Below are positions 35,302 through 48,021 of a stretch of DNA of 64,000 nt, one piece after another (the stretch's first letter is position 1; each line of letters starts with the position of its first letter). The notes under the pieces are model-generated. The model was not told the origin of the DNA. It did no database searches and was given only the letters and a program-made list of their open reading frames with translations. This stretch comes from Malacoraja senta. Lineage: Eukaryota. The translations under genes were made by a program, and so were the position numbers. The stretch covers positions 62,001 to 126,000 of the forward strand of contig CM076002.1 in NCBI GenBank assembly GCA_038087875.1, read 5' to 3'.

Positions 35302-35947
35302 ACTCGTAAGGCAAGGCAGCGCCTTTACCACCTCAGGCAATTGAGGAAATTCAGAGTGTCTCCGAAGATCCTCCAGTGCTTTTACTCAGCGGCTGTGTAA
35401 AGCATCTTGTCCGGAAATATTACAATCTGGTTTGGGAATTGCTCTGCCCAGGACAAGAAGGCTCTGCAGAGGGTAATGCGTTCGGCCGAACGCACAATGG
35501 GAACTACACTCGCCCCTCTGCAGGAACTATACTTCAGGAGGTGCAACTCCAGAGCCAATAAGATCATGGGAGACCCCTTCCACCCCTGCAACGGACTGTT
35601 CCAGCTGCTATGGTCAGGCAAACGCCTCCGTTGCCATGCTGTGAGAACAGAGGTTGAGAAGGAGTTGCTTCCCAGAGGCCATTAGGACTGTAAACTCCTA
35701 TCTCACCAGGGACCAACATTACTGTACCACTCTACTGTCTATTAAAAATCGCTGTTTTCCCCCCCGTTTTTTTCCCCTTTTTCCTCCGGCCCACAATATT
35801 TAATATGTAAAAGAATATGTGATTCTATTCTTCCATTCTGTTTGTAGTTTGTTTGTTTGTATTTTTTGCACAAAGTCCGCGAGCACTGCCACTTTTCATT
35901 TCACTGCACATCTCGTATGTGTATGTGACAGATAAACTTGACTTGAC
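35302..35947 (+). mobile_element. Rex1/Babar 3' fragment
   Basis: SGNITIWFGNCSAQDKKALQRV; (acttg)n tail; absent from the paralogous site at ~42664. Confidence 0.85.
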
Positions 35948-36129
35948 TGCCGTCTGCTTGAGCTGCGAGTGATGTCACATCCCCCCCCCCCACCCCCTGC
36001 CCCCCCCGTTATTCAAAAGTCGGCCCATTGACTGAAGACCAAAGATCATAGCAGAAGACTGCAACGGCCTTTGGTCGACGTTCGCCCGCTCGCGCCTCGG
36101 CTCGGGCCCTATACCCGAGAGCTCCCGAA

Positions 36130-36750
36130 AGCATTGGTCCACGCACGCACGTGCCTCGGGTCCGCCCCCCTCTCTCCCTCCCTTTCTCTCCCCCCCCTCT
36201 CCCCGCCCGTCCTCTCCCCCACTCCTCCTCTCCCCTCCCCCAGCCTCTCTCCTCCCTTCAACCCCCTCCCTCTGCTCATCCTCTCCCCGCCCGTCCTCCT
36301 CTCTCCCCCCACTCACTCACTCTCTACCCTCTCCCCCCCCTTTCCCCTCTCCCCCCTCACCCTCTCTCCTCTCCCCCGCCCGTCCTCCTCTCCCCCACTC
36401 CTCTTCCCTCCCGGAGCCTCTCTCCTCCCACTCTCTCCCCCTGCCCGTCCTCCTCTCTTCCCCCACTCACTCTCTACCCTCTCCTCCCCCTCCCCCGCCC
36501 AACCTCTCTCCCCCCTCACTCACTACCCTCTCCCCCCTCTTCCCTCTCCCCCCCCTCTCTCTCTCTCCCCGCCCATCCCCCTCTCCCCCTCACTTACTCT
36601 CTCCCCCTCTGCCCTCTTCTCCTCTCCCCCCGCCCGTCCTCCTCTCTCCCCCCACTCATTCACTCTCTACCCTCTCCTCCCCCCTCTCTCCTCCTCTCCC
36701 CCGCCCATCCTCCTCTCCCCCCACTCACTCACTCTCTACCATCCTCCTCC
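36130..36750. repeat. Polypyrimidine (C/T) low-complexity tract; paralogous tract at ~42890-43300
   Basis: Almost only C and T on the + strand, with recurring cgcccgtcctcctctctcccc units. Confidence 0.9.
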
Positions 36751-39700
36751 CAAGATTTGAAGGCATGCAGATGAGGTTCATCCAGAAACATGACCCGCGG
36801 CAAAGACTGGAAAACATGAAGGGTCAATACTTTGATGTCTTCATGGATATTTACACAGAGCAGGATGAGAACAAGAGACAAGCAGAACAGTTTGCACAAT
36901 CTTGTTTCTTGCCAGCTCTCACAGACGCCACCCTCAAGGCTCTCAGTGTGAACATCTTGGATGATATGAAACAAAATGACCCTGACAGAAAGTACAGTCT
37001 CCACAACAACTTCACTGTAGCCCTCCTGGTGCACCTGAAACAAAGGGATACATTTGATGACTATCAAATCTATCACTGACCTTGAGAATTTGGCCAAAGA
37101 CTGGCTCCATCACCAGGTTATTGAACACTGCAAGTCACAATGTGATGGAGTGAGAACGTTTACTCGTTTGGTTAAAGGAATCCTCACACTGATTTGGGGT
37201 TTTCTGTGACTCAGAGAACCCGGTGTGATGGATATGTAATATAAATGCCAGTGCCCCTTTCATATAAATGCCTGTGCCTCGTGATTGAGGTCAGGTGACC
37301 TTCGAGAAGTTTCCGTGGGTTGTTCAGATTAAATCTTACTTACAAGATGTCGGACGTGTTGTCTTTGTGCTAGTCACAACAGGGCCTTACGTGGTCTCAA
37401 ACATTACATGGTGTCAAAGTTTAAAAAAAACTAAAGAAAAGAATGGCAGGACTCTCCATGCAAGGAAACTTGGCCAAGAATTATAAGGACTGGATAAGGG
37501 CATTCCAGCTGCACGAGGCGGCAACAGAACTAACAAATAAACCAGATAAGATTCGCTGTGCAACATTCCTCCACATAGCCGGGCCGGCAGCTCAGGAGAT
37601 TTATGAGACCTTTGAGTTTGCCCAGGAGGAAGTTGACAAAATACAACCGCTGAAGAATAAGTTTCAGACATACTGTGATCCAAAAAAGAACTTAACTGTC
37701 ACAAGATAAGTCTTTAATACACGTAATCAGCGGCGAGGGGAGACCTTCTCCAGCTACCTGACTGCAGTGAAGTCTTTAGCCAAAGATTGTGAGTTTGGCA
37801 TTATCCATGACTCATTGCTGCGAGACAGAATTGTCTGCGGCATCACCAGCCAGCCACTCCGGGAAAAACTACTACAATGTGATGATTTCACACTGGAAAA
37901 ATGCAGTGACATGTGTCTGATAGCTGAAGCAGCAGCCTAACAGATGAAGCAGATTGCCCCAACCGCCATTGACACCGAAGAGACTGTTGATTACGTGAAA
38001 CAGGACAGCGCCAGTCGGCCATGGTGCCGAGGCAGGGATTCGCGACCCAGACAACCACAGACAGAAATCCGTGATTCTGGTAAGGACACCGTCTGCCGGT
38101 CATGCACCTGCAGGCATAAAGGCAACTACTGCCCTGCTCAGTACATGAGATGTTATACCTGCGGAGAGATTGGACATCTTTCCAGATCCCCCGACTGCCC
38201 GGTAAATAGAGCGCCCAACAGCCGCCCACGTCCCCAACAATATGACCGGCTAATCAGACAAAAGGCCGGGGACTGGAGCCGTGACGTCCGCGACGTCGAG
38301 TTCCAGATGAACACTTCAACGCTGCCTGAGCCAGTGGACGACGACGTTGATGTCTTCTACATTGCCGCCGTGACTGACGCTGTGATTGAGTCGACGCGTG
38401 AATGGGGACAGATGTGCAGCATCAACAATGTGAACATTGAGTTCAAACTTGACTCTGAAGCTCAAGTGGACATCCTGCCAGAGCACTTGTTCAGAAAGAC
38501 TGGTCTTGCCTTACTGAAGACAACATGACACTGAGGTCATACTCTGGACATACAATAAAGCCTGTGGGGCAGGCAAAAGGGAACGTCAAAGTAGGCAAGA
38601 AAGAACACAGGGTTGTCTTTCAAATAGTGAGGGGGAAATGTGAAACCCAAATTTGGGAAACTAACATGTGAAAAGTTAGGGCTTCTTGTGCGAAAGGAGG
38701 CAGTTGATGGCGTGAGTGTGAGCCCATCATACACTGCGAGGATCATTGAGGAAAATGGCGAGATTTTCTAAGGGCTGGGAAGGCTAAAAAGACACGAGTA
38801 CAACATAGCGCTGCAAGAGAACGTGCAACCTAAGCAAAACCCGCCCCGCACTATCCCCTATAAGATCAGGGATAAGGTCAAAGCCGATTTAGAGCGCATG
38901 GAAAGCTTGGGAGTCATAAAGCCCGTGAGCGAACCGAAGGATTGGGTGAATTCAATGACTGTGGTTAACAAGCCTAATGGCGAAGTCCGCATATGCCTTG
39001 ACCTACGTGACCTCAATGCGGCCATTCGTAGGGAGCATTTCCTGATGCCGACATTCGAGAACATTGTAGCCCGCATGCCAAATGCAGAATGGTTCTCGAA
39101 ATTTGATGCTACAAGTGGGTACTGGCAGTTCCCACTGAGCGATGACAGCTCGCGTCCTACACATTTAATACTCCCTTTGGGAGATACCAATACCTCGTGC
39201 TTCCATTTGGAATCTCATCCGCAAGTGAGATTTGGCAGCGGGCGATGCAGGAAGAGTTTGGCGATTTAGAAGGGGTGGAGATAGTTGTTGACGACATTCT
39301 CGTTTGGGGTGTGAACGCAGCACAACATGTCGCAAGGGTGAAAGCCCTACTCGAACAGGTGAAAGAATCCGGCCTAAAGCTCAATCCCCGAAAGTCGGTA
39401 ATGCGCTCAAATGAGATTGAATATGTGGGACACGTCATCTCGCAAGCAGGCGTGTCACCAAGCCCATCTCGTGTCAGCAGCATGCTACAAATGCCATACC
39501 CGACAAACAAGGCTGAAGTGCAAATGTTCTCGAGGATGGTGACATACATGGCCAAGTTTATTCCGAACCTTTCGGAGATCACCGCCTCACTTAGACAGCT
39601 AACAGAAAAGGGAATAGCGTGGCATTTTGAGCAGAAGCACAGACATGCAGTAGACAAGCTGAAATGTCTTCTCACTTCGCCACCCATACTCAAACTGTAC

Positions 39701-42368
39701 GATGTGAACGCGCCCGTTTCAATTGCCACAGATGCTTCCAACAGCGGATTTGGAGCGCTCCTGATGCAAGACGAGAGACCTGTTGCCTACGCATCACGAC
39801 GTGTGAACGCGGCCGAGCACAACTATGCAACTATAGAGAAGGAACTGTGCTCCATATTGTACGCATGCAGAAAGTTTCATGACTTCATTGTCGGTCAGTG
39901 CACAGTAATTCTTACTGACCACGAGCCATTAGTAGGCTTGCTCGCCATGCCGCTACATAAATTAAGCCCCAGACTCCAGCGCATGCGAATGCACCTGCTA
40001 CGGTATGACCTGGAAATATGGTGGAAGCCGGGACGAGAAATGTTTGTCCCTGATGCCCTGAGCCGGCTGCCCAGTGCAAACACGCCTGCGGAAGAGTACA
40101 CCGCACTGCCGAACGTGACACATGCTGTAGAAGCCATCCTACACGTCAGACGAGCGCCTTGCGCAGTTCAAAGCTGAAACAAAAAAGATAGAACCCTAAC
40201 ACTGTTGTGCGAGTATATAAGAAAGGGTTGGCCTAGTAACAGGCGTGATCTGCCCTCGGACTTGACTCCGTTTCATACATACCATGACGAGCTGGTTGAA
40301 GTTGATGGATTAGTCTTGAAGGAAAACCGAATCGTAGTTCCCCAAAGCATGCGGAGGCAGATGCTGAACGCGCTATATGAATCACATCTGGGAGTAGTGA
40401 AACTTAAACAACGAGCCCGCAATTTATTTGCGTGGCCAGGAATGAATGCACAGATTGAGGACACAGTGGGAAATTGCTCGATACGCCAGGCGACCAGGAA
40501 AGCACAAGCAAGCGAACTGCTCCAACCACACTTCATCCCCAGCAGTCTTTGGTCTAAGGTCGGCGCAGACATCTTCCACCTGGATGGAGTTGACCATTTG
40601 CTGCTTGTAGATTATTACTCCAAGTACCCAGAAATAGCGCAACTGACAGACATGATGTCACATTCGGTGATACGTGAGATGACGGGCATGTTTGCTCGGA
40701 ATGGCATTCCTGACTTGGTGATGACAGACAACGCGAGACAATTTGTCTGTGCTGAGTTTCGTAGGTTCCAGGATGACTGGGAATATGCCCATGTCACCTC
40801 AAGTCCCATATATCCACAGAGCAACGGGCAGATAGAGCGCTGTGTGCAAACTATAAAAAGTATTATGAGGAAAGCCAAACACAGCGGCCGTGACTCGATG
40901 TACGCAATCCTCGAATACCGCAACACCCCCCTTGACGGGACAGGCAGCTATGCCCCCTCACAGTTACTGAATTGACTGTTAAGAAGCAAATTGCCATCGC
41001 CTCTATCACTCTTACTACCTCATCATGTCCCTCCCATAGGACCACAACTGGCCATCCGACAAGAAAAACAGGCAGCATACTTCAATGAGAAGGCAAGCGC
41101 CGAGCCGCTGCCCCGACTGGAACAACAACAGGTGTGGTTTCATGCCAAACCAACCGAGTGGCAACGTGGCCGTACTGCAAGAGAAAACCTGTCCCCTCGG
41201 AACTACGTCATCTCTACACCGAGCGGGACTGAGTTCCGCAGAAACAGGAAGGACATACGACCTGCGCAAGAAGCAGCTGAGCCATGCCCTGGCAACACGC
41301 AGCAGACAAGTGCGAACACTCTCCCACAAGGAGGAACCCTTCTCCCAGAAGGAGCTAGTCTCCCAGACTCAAGAGAACTGTCACAGGCCGCATCACAAGG
41401 TTCTGTGGTGGGGGAATCGGCTCAAAGCGAGCCAAGCCACACTCGCACACAACAGAAATACTACACAGAACGAGTTGGAAATACGACTTGCACGAGAAGT
41501 GGGCGATTGTCAAAACCCCCAACTCGACTTGTTATGTAAAATTGTTGGGCAATAATTTTATAGTTTTGTAGTATGAAGAGCACTTTGTTATTTGTAGTAC
41601 TTTATCCACATTAAATTGATTAAAGGTTCAAGTTATTAGTTTTGACCAACGTTGAAGGGGGAGATGTAAGGTAATTTAAGGGAAGGGGGAGAATTGTAAT
41701 TAAAGTAAAGGGGGAGATGTGATGTATATGTAATATAAATGCCAGTGCCCCTTTAATATAAATGCCTGTGCCTCGTGATTGAGGTCAGGTGACCTTCGAG
41801 AAGTTTCCGTGGGTTGTTCAGATTAAATCTTACTTACAAGATGTTGGACGTGTTTACTTTGTGTTAGTCACAACAGGGCCTTACGTATTCTCAAACATGA
41901 CACCCGGTACACTGAATCACAGCACTCTTGTAAGCAGCACACACCTTCAGGACTTAATGGCTATCGCTGGGGAGACAGTGAACATCTTGTAACTGACGGC
42001 TGCACAGCTTCAGTCACAGGTAAAGGATCATTCACAAATCAACGGTTAAAGAGTCAACGTCTTGTAACTGATGTCTGCACAGCTTCAGTTGCAGGCAATA
42101 CATCCTTTAGTAATAACGACACAAAATGGGAATCCCTTCAAGGATTACCAAACTGTCAATGATTACTACAAATCCTGGATCATCCAGCGGGAAATTTCCA
42201 CACAGGCAGCATCCTATTGGAAAAAGGTTTTCTACACTTTCAATGAGCAATTTGCTGAAAAATACAAAGCAAAACCTGCAGAGATCAATGAAGCCTGGAA
42301 CATTGACTGGGATGTAGTGAGGGGGAGATCTGAATAAGACGTATAACACAAACATTCAGTCTAGGTGA
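36750..42368 (+). pseudogene. Partial tandem duplicate of the GVIN-like 3' region, internally deleted and split by a Gypsy element
   Basis: 36750-37223 matches 33743-34540 (lacking ~34185-34510); 41903-42368 matches ~34537-35001; downstream flank also matches (42370-42900 vs 35000-36170). Confidence 0.92.
37224..41902 (+). mobile_element. Full-length decayed Gypsy (Mag-like) LTR retrotransposon
   Basis: 185-bp LTRs 37224-37408 and 41718-41902; 5-bp TSD cccgg; PBS tggtgtca; PPT aaagggggaga; gag with CYTCGEIGH knuckle, protease FKLDSEAQ, RT (RICLD, FDATSGYWQ, LPFGI, VVDDIL), RNase H (TDAS, YATIEKE, TDHEPL), integrase (TDNARQF, PQSNGQIER); several stops and frameshifts. Confidence 0.96.
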
Positions 42369-43464
42369 GGTGCCTTTACATGACATCACTCAGAGATAAA
42401 AATGGACAAACTGCTTCCGTATAAAGGAAATGGCAGAGAAAATCATACAAGATTAAAATTTAAATCACACCTTCTCGAAAATACGACGCGCTAACAGTAA
42501 ATTTTTTTAACATAATCCAGTAGAGATTTATCCCATGAAGTCAAATATCGCCTTATCTGAAAAATTCATTATTTCTCGAGTTATTAATCAAAATGTTCAC
42601 AAATCCGATAAAACTTTGAAATCAAAGCGTTTTTCGCTGATGATGTCACAATGGATCTGCCTGCCAGCCGTCTGCTTGAGCTGCGAGTGTCACATCCACC
42701 CCTCCCTCCTCCCCCCCCCCTCGTTATTCAAAAGTCGGCCCATTGACTGAAGTCCAAAGATCATAGCAGAAGACTGCAGAGGCCTTTGGTCGACGTTCGC
42801 CCGCTCGCGCCTCAGCTCAGCTCGGGCCCTATACCCGAGAGCTCCCGAAAGCATTGGTTGACGCACGCTCGTGCCTCGGCTCGGGTCCGCCCCCCCCTCT
42901 CTCCCTTCCCCCTCTTCCTCTCCCACCCCACGCCCGTCCTCCTTTCTCCCCCCGCCCATCCTCCTCTCTCCCCGCCCATCCTCCTCTCCCCTCCCCACTT
43001 CTCCCTCTCCCACTGCTCGTCCTCTCCCCCCGCCTGTCCTCTCTCCCCCCACTCACTCTCTCCCCTCTCCCCCGTATCTCCTCCCCCTCTGCCCCCTCCT
43101 CTCCCCCGCCCGTCCTCTCTCCTCCCGCCTGTCATCCTCTCCCCCACTCCTCTCTTCTCTCCACCCCACTCACTCTATCCTTCTCCCACCTCTCTCTCTC
43201 CCCCTCTCTTTCTCCCCCCCTCCTTTCATGGGGGACACGTTCCCCCCTCCCCGCCTGCTTTGAGAGGTGGGGGACGATTCCCCCCCCCCCCCCCCCCCAT
43301 GTTTTGTCATCCGGACTTTATCAGCCACTTTCTAAGGGCTGACTCGGCCCATTCGCGGGGCCTTTCAGCGCCTGTTGCGGCTTAAAATCAAACTGCTGCA
43401 TCGACTGCCGGCACCCGTCACTAATTACCGTCCACAGGGCCCACGGCTGAAGCCTCCGAAGCCT

Positions 43465-43529
43465 TGTGTGAGAGTGTGTGTGTGTGTGAGAGAGTGTGTG
43501 AGTGTGAGTGAGTGCGTGAGCGTGTCTGT

Positions 43530-43570
<41 letters not shown>

Positions 43571-43574
43571 AGTG
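43465..43574. repeat. (TG)n/(TGAG)n microsatellite
   Basis: Directly visible. Confidence 0.95.
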
Positions 43575-43589
43575 AAGGCTCTGTCTTAC

Positions 43590-44700
43590 CTGTTTGCGGT
43601 CATCGGTGGTGAAGCGCGGCGTCGCCGGTAGCGGGGACCGCACGGCAACGGCGAGAGCGCCGAGCCTATCCACTGGAGCGCCGCACGGATGCTGCGCGGG
43701 GGACGAGTAATTCAAACACGGCGGGTCCACGTGCTTGCGGTAAGTTAAAAAAAGGGCGGGCCGACTGCGATGACGTCGGCCCGCCGCACGTGACTCACCA
43801 GCGGCGGCGGCCGTCCTGATCGCGGCCCTGTATCGGTGGCTGTGCCTGCGGCCGTGCTGCACACGTGCCTCACTGGCGGAGGCACGTGCCTCACTGGCGG
43901 AGGCTGTGGCAGTGGAGGTTTGACGCACGGCGCTCGAGCCACACTGGCGGCGGCCCGTGCGGGCGGCCGTGCCGCACTCGTGCATCACTGGTGGAGGTTG
44001 TGCGGTAAGATTATTGTTTTCAACATTGTCGGTTTTATTTTAGCACCGTGCGGTGTTGGGAACACCGCCGCACGGCCCCGGAATTGTACGTTCTCACGAG
44101 TGCGCGGTCTATGGCGGCAGATTCTTCCCGTTTCGCCGCCAATGACCGCAGACTCGTGAGACAATCCTTTGAGTGTGCGCATGCACGCGCGGCCGCCAAT
44201 AAATTGTGTGTCCCCCATCCCCCCCATGGTTTGATAGCGATTTCCGTGCCTGCGGGAGTATCGTTCTGTCCACCCTATCTATGCTTCTTAGAATTTTATA
44301 TCCTTCTATTATCTCCCCCTCAAACTCCAACACCCTCCCCTCCACAACCACCCACCCCTCAACTCACCCACGCACCCCTATCACCGCCCCTTCCCTCACC
44401 CCTCAGCCATCACGCACATCCCTTCCACCCAAACCCCTCTACCCCCTCCCCCACCCAAAACCCTCTCCCTCCACCCAAACCCCGCTGCCCCCCACCTAAA
44501 CCCCTCTGCTTCAACTTCCTCACCATCACCTCCGCCCCGAGCCCCCAGGTGCCGACGCCCCAATGGCGACCCTCACTCACCTCCTCATCTCCAGCACGTT
44601 CCATCCCGCGGCCGTTGGACCCGCGCGGGAGGCGGTGAGCGCGCAAGAAGGGAGCGGCGCCATTTTGTGCGCGGCGGACTCGGGGGAGATCGCACGTTCC
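43590..44700. promoter_or_regulatory. CpG island, candidate (possibly bidirectional) promoter/first-exon region
   Basis: High CpG density; GC box (~43754), tgacgtc (43771), cacgtg boxes, gcgcatgc (~44177), YY1-like gcgccatttt (~44657); consensus splice donors on both strands. Confidence 0.55.
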
Positions 44701-44785
44701 CCCCCATTCACTCTCTCTTCCCTCACTCACTCTCTCCACCCCACACTCCCTCTCCCTCCTTCACTGTATGCCATCATCATGCCCT

Positions 44786-45100
44786 GGGCGGTCACGATGG
44801 CGCAGCGGGAGAGTTGCTGCCTTGCAGCGAATGCTGCGCCGGAGACCCGGGTTCGATCCTGACCAAAGATACTAGAGGATCCTCTGGTATCTTTGATCCT
44901 GACTACGGGTGCTGTCTGCCGGGAGTTTGTACTTTCTTCCCGTGACCTGCGTGGGATTTCTCCGGGTGCTCCGGTTTCGACGTACGGCCAGGTATGTAGG
45001 TTAATTGGCCTGGTGACTGTAGGATAGCATTAATTAATGTGCGGGGATCGCTGGTCGGCGCGGACCCGGTGGGCCGAAGGGCCTATTTCCGTGCTGTATC
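44786..45100 (+). mobile_element. HE1-type tRNA-derived SINE
   Basis: A box (tggcgcagcgg), B box (ggttcgatcc), conserved core gcgtggg..ttctccgggtgctccggtttc, CR1-like tail gggccgaagggcct.tttccgtgctgta. Confidence 0.85.
44864..44895. mobile_element. 32-bp palindromic insertion with 8-bp TSD (minimal hAT-like element)
   Basis: caaagatactagagg-at-cctctggtatctttg flanked by atcctgac twice (44856-44863, 44896-44903). Confidence 0.8.
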
Positions 45101-45901
45101 TACTATCACCTCCTCACCAGCCAACAATCGACCATTGTGGGCTCCACCTTTCCTGAGTCATCGGTGCTGGCTCTGATTTGTTCTGCAACTTTTCTTACCT
45201 CTATTTTCCCTCTCTGCCCTACCTCCGTTTGTGTCTAAACTCAGCAACTATCATCTCCTACACTACAGATTGTGTTTCTGGATGCTCGACTGGTTAGCAA
45301 GCATTACTGTTATTCAGTTAATCTATTGGATCATGAATATTTATGTATCTAATTGCAATAATTATGAGTCATTTGTGAGTTCATTGCGTTAAGGGGCTGC
45401 AAAGCTGCAGCAATACGTATTTTATTGTCCCATTACACACACATTCGACAATTAAACTCTCTTGTCCTGGATGTCCTTTATAGGATTGTCCTGCTGCCTT
45501 TACAGAAAGGGTTGGGGCGTTACTTGTTAATAATGTGTTGTGCACACTTGGCGACAGAGGCGGGGAGGGGAAAGGATGGGAGGGGGCAGGAGAGGAGGGG
45601 AGAATGGAAGACTGGAGGGTAGTGGGTTGAGGTGGAAGGGAGGGAGAAGAGGAGTGGAGGAGAGATGATGGGTGGGGAGGGGAGGAGATGACGGTAGTGG
45701 GGAGGAGATGAGGGAGGGGAGTAGTGGTCCATTGCTACACACAACTGTATCTTTGGGCCTACAATGAGAGGTCTACAGCCAGCTGATCCAGGGCAATGGG
45801 AGGGAGCACTAGGCTGTTGCTGATGGGCTGAAGTTGATCCAGTGATGACGCCTCCCATTGAGGATGCCGGCCGCATTGGGAATGATTCCTGTCCTTTCGG
45901 C

Positions 45902-46101
45902 NNNNNNNNNNNNNNNNNNNNNNNNNNNNNNNNNNNNNNNNNNNNNNNNNNNNNNNNNNNNNNNNNNNNNNNNNNNNNNNNNNNNNNNNNNNNNNNNNNN
46001 NNNNNNNNNNNNNNNNNNNNNNNNNNNNNNNNNNNNNNNNNNNNNNNNNNNNNNNNNNNNNNNNNNNNNNNNNNNNNNNNNNNNNNNNNNNNNNNNNNNN
46101 N
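45902..46101. other. Assembly gap (200 N)
   Basis: Run of exactly 200 N, probably a placeholder of unknown true size. Confidence 0.99.
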
Positions 46102-47631
46102 GGTAGACTGTTGGGCAGACAGTTGTGTAGACAGTTGGTAGAGAGTTCAGTAAATAGTTGAGTAGAGGAGTTACAGAGTTTGTAGAGAGTTGTGTTGGGA
46201 GTTGAGTAGAAAGTTGAGAGTTGGATAGAGAGTTGTGAGTTGGGTAGAGAGTTGAGAGTTATGTAGAAAGTTGAGGGTTGGGTAGAGTTGAGTTGGGTTA
46301 AGAGTTGAGAGTTGGGTGGAGAGTAGAGGGTTGGGTAGAGAGTTGGGCAGTGATTTGGGCAGAGAGTTGGGCAGAGAGTTGAGTAACGAGTTGGCCAACA
46401 GTTAGGCAAAGAGGTGAGTAGAGTGATGAGTAGAGAGTTGAGAGTTGGGTAGAGAGTTGAGAGATGGGCAGAGAGTTGAGAGAAGGGCAGAGAGTTGGGT
46501 GGAGTGTTGGGCATAGTGTTGGGTAGAGAGTTGAGCAGAAAATCAAGTAGAGAGTTGGGTAGAGAGTATAGAATTGGCAGAGTTGGGTGGAGAGTCGGGT
46601 AAAGAGTTGGGTCGAGAGTTGAGCAGAGAATCAAGTAGAGAGTTGGGTAGAGAGTAAAGAGTTTGATAGAGAGTAGAGAGTTGGGCAGAGAGTTGAGAGC
46701 GAGTTGGGTAGAGAGTTGAGAGTTGGGTAGAGAGTTGAGAGTTGGGTAAAGAGTTGAGAGTTGAATAGAGGGTTAGGTAGAGAGTTGGATAGAGAGCTGA
46801 GAGTTGGGTAGAGAAATGAGAGATGGGTAGAGGGTAGAGAGTTGGGTAAAGAGTTGAGAGTTGAATAGAGGGTTAGGTAGAGAGTTGGATAGAGTTGAGT
46901 TGGGTAGAGAGATGAGAGATGGGTAGAGAGTTGGGTTGAGAGTTGGGTAAATAGTTGAGAGTTGAATAGAGGGTTAGGTAGAGAGTTGGATAGAGAGTTG
47001 AGAGTTGGGTTGAGAGATGGACAGAGAGTTGAGCAGAGAGTTGAGCAGAGAGTTGAGCAGAGAGTTGAGCAGAGAGTTGGACAGACAGTTGTGTAGACGG
47101 TTGGATAGAGAGTTCATTAAAGAGTTGAGAGTTGGGTAGAGAGTTGAGTAGAAAGTTAAGAGTTGGATAGAGAGTTGAGAGTTGGGTGGAGAGTAGAGAG
47201 TCTTGTAAAGTGGAGAGAGTTAGGTAAAGAGTTGAGAGTTGGGAGGAGAGTAGTGAGTTAGGCAGAGAGTTGAGCAGAGGGTTGGGCAGAGAGTTGGGCA
47301 GAGAGTTGAGTAGAGTTGAGTAGCGAGTTGGGCAGACAATTGGGCAGACAGTTAGGCAAAGCTTTGAGTAGAGTGATGAGTAGAGAGGTGAGAGTTGGGA
47401 AGAGTTGAGTAAAGAGTTGAGAGTTGAATAGAGGGTTGGGCAGAGAGTTGGGCAAAGTTGGGCAGACAGTTGTGTGGACAGTTGGGTAGAGAAATGAGCA
47501 GAGAACTAAGTAGGGCGTTGAGTAGAGAATTGGGTAGAGAGTTGAGTTAGGAGTTGAGTAGATCGTTGAGAGTTGGGTAGGGAGTTGAGAGTTGTGTAGA
47601 GAGTTGAGCAGAGAGCTGAGTTGGGGAGAGT

Positions 47632-47842
47632 TAATAATAATAATAATACATTTTATTTATATAGCGCTTTTCAGGACTCAAAGTCGCTTTACATTGAGAG
47701 TCAAGAATAGACAAAACAAAATAGAGCAGTAAGACAGAGATGCAAAGGGGAGGGGAACATGGGACTAAGGGTATGCAGAGGTGAAGAGATGGGTCTTGAG
47801 GCGGGACTGGAAGATGGTGAGGGACTCAGAATTTCGGATCAG
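47632..47842 (-). mobile_element. L2-type LINE 3' end
   Basis: IRNSESLTIFQSRLKTHLFTSAYP, then aaagcgctatataaataaaat and (att)n tail on the minus strand. Confidence 0.75.
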
Positions 47843-48021
47843 TGTTGGGTGGAGTGTAGAGAGCTGGGTAGTGAATTGGGCAGAGAGTTGATTAAAGAGT
47901 TGAGTAACGTGTTGGGCAGACAGATGGGTAGAGAGTTGGGGAGACATTTGGGAAAAGGGTTTAGTAGAGAGTTTAGTAGAGAGTTCAGAGTTGGGAAGAG
48001 TTGGGTAAAGAGTTGGGCAGA

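Noticed and set aside
36040..36074. caaag...ctttg segment resembling the 32-bp mini-element
   Set aside because: Only 5 bp of inverted match and no target-site duplication.
35975..36774. Pro/Ser/Leu-rich and Gly/Glu/Arg-rich ORFs (also 42690-43385 and 52719-54024)
   Set aside because: Artefacts of stop-poor low-complexity tracts.
43425..43988. 187-aa minus-strand ORF in the CpG island
   Set aside because: No recognisable domain, runs into a microsatellite, and long ORFs are expected in GC-rich DNA.
44786..44863. tRNA gene
   Set aside because: A/B boxes continue into the SINE core and CR1-like tail; it is a SINE head.
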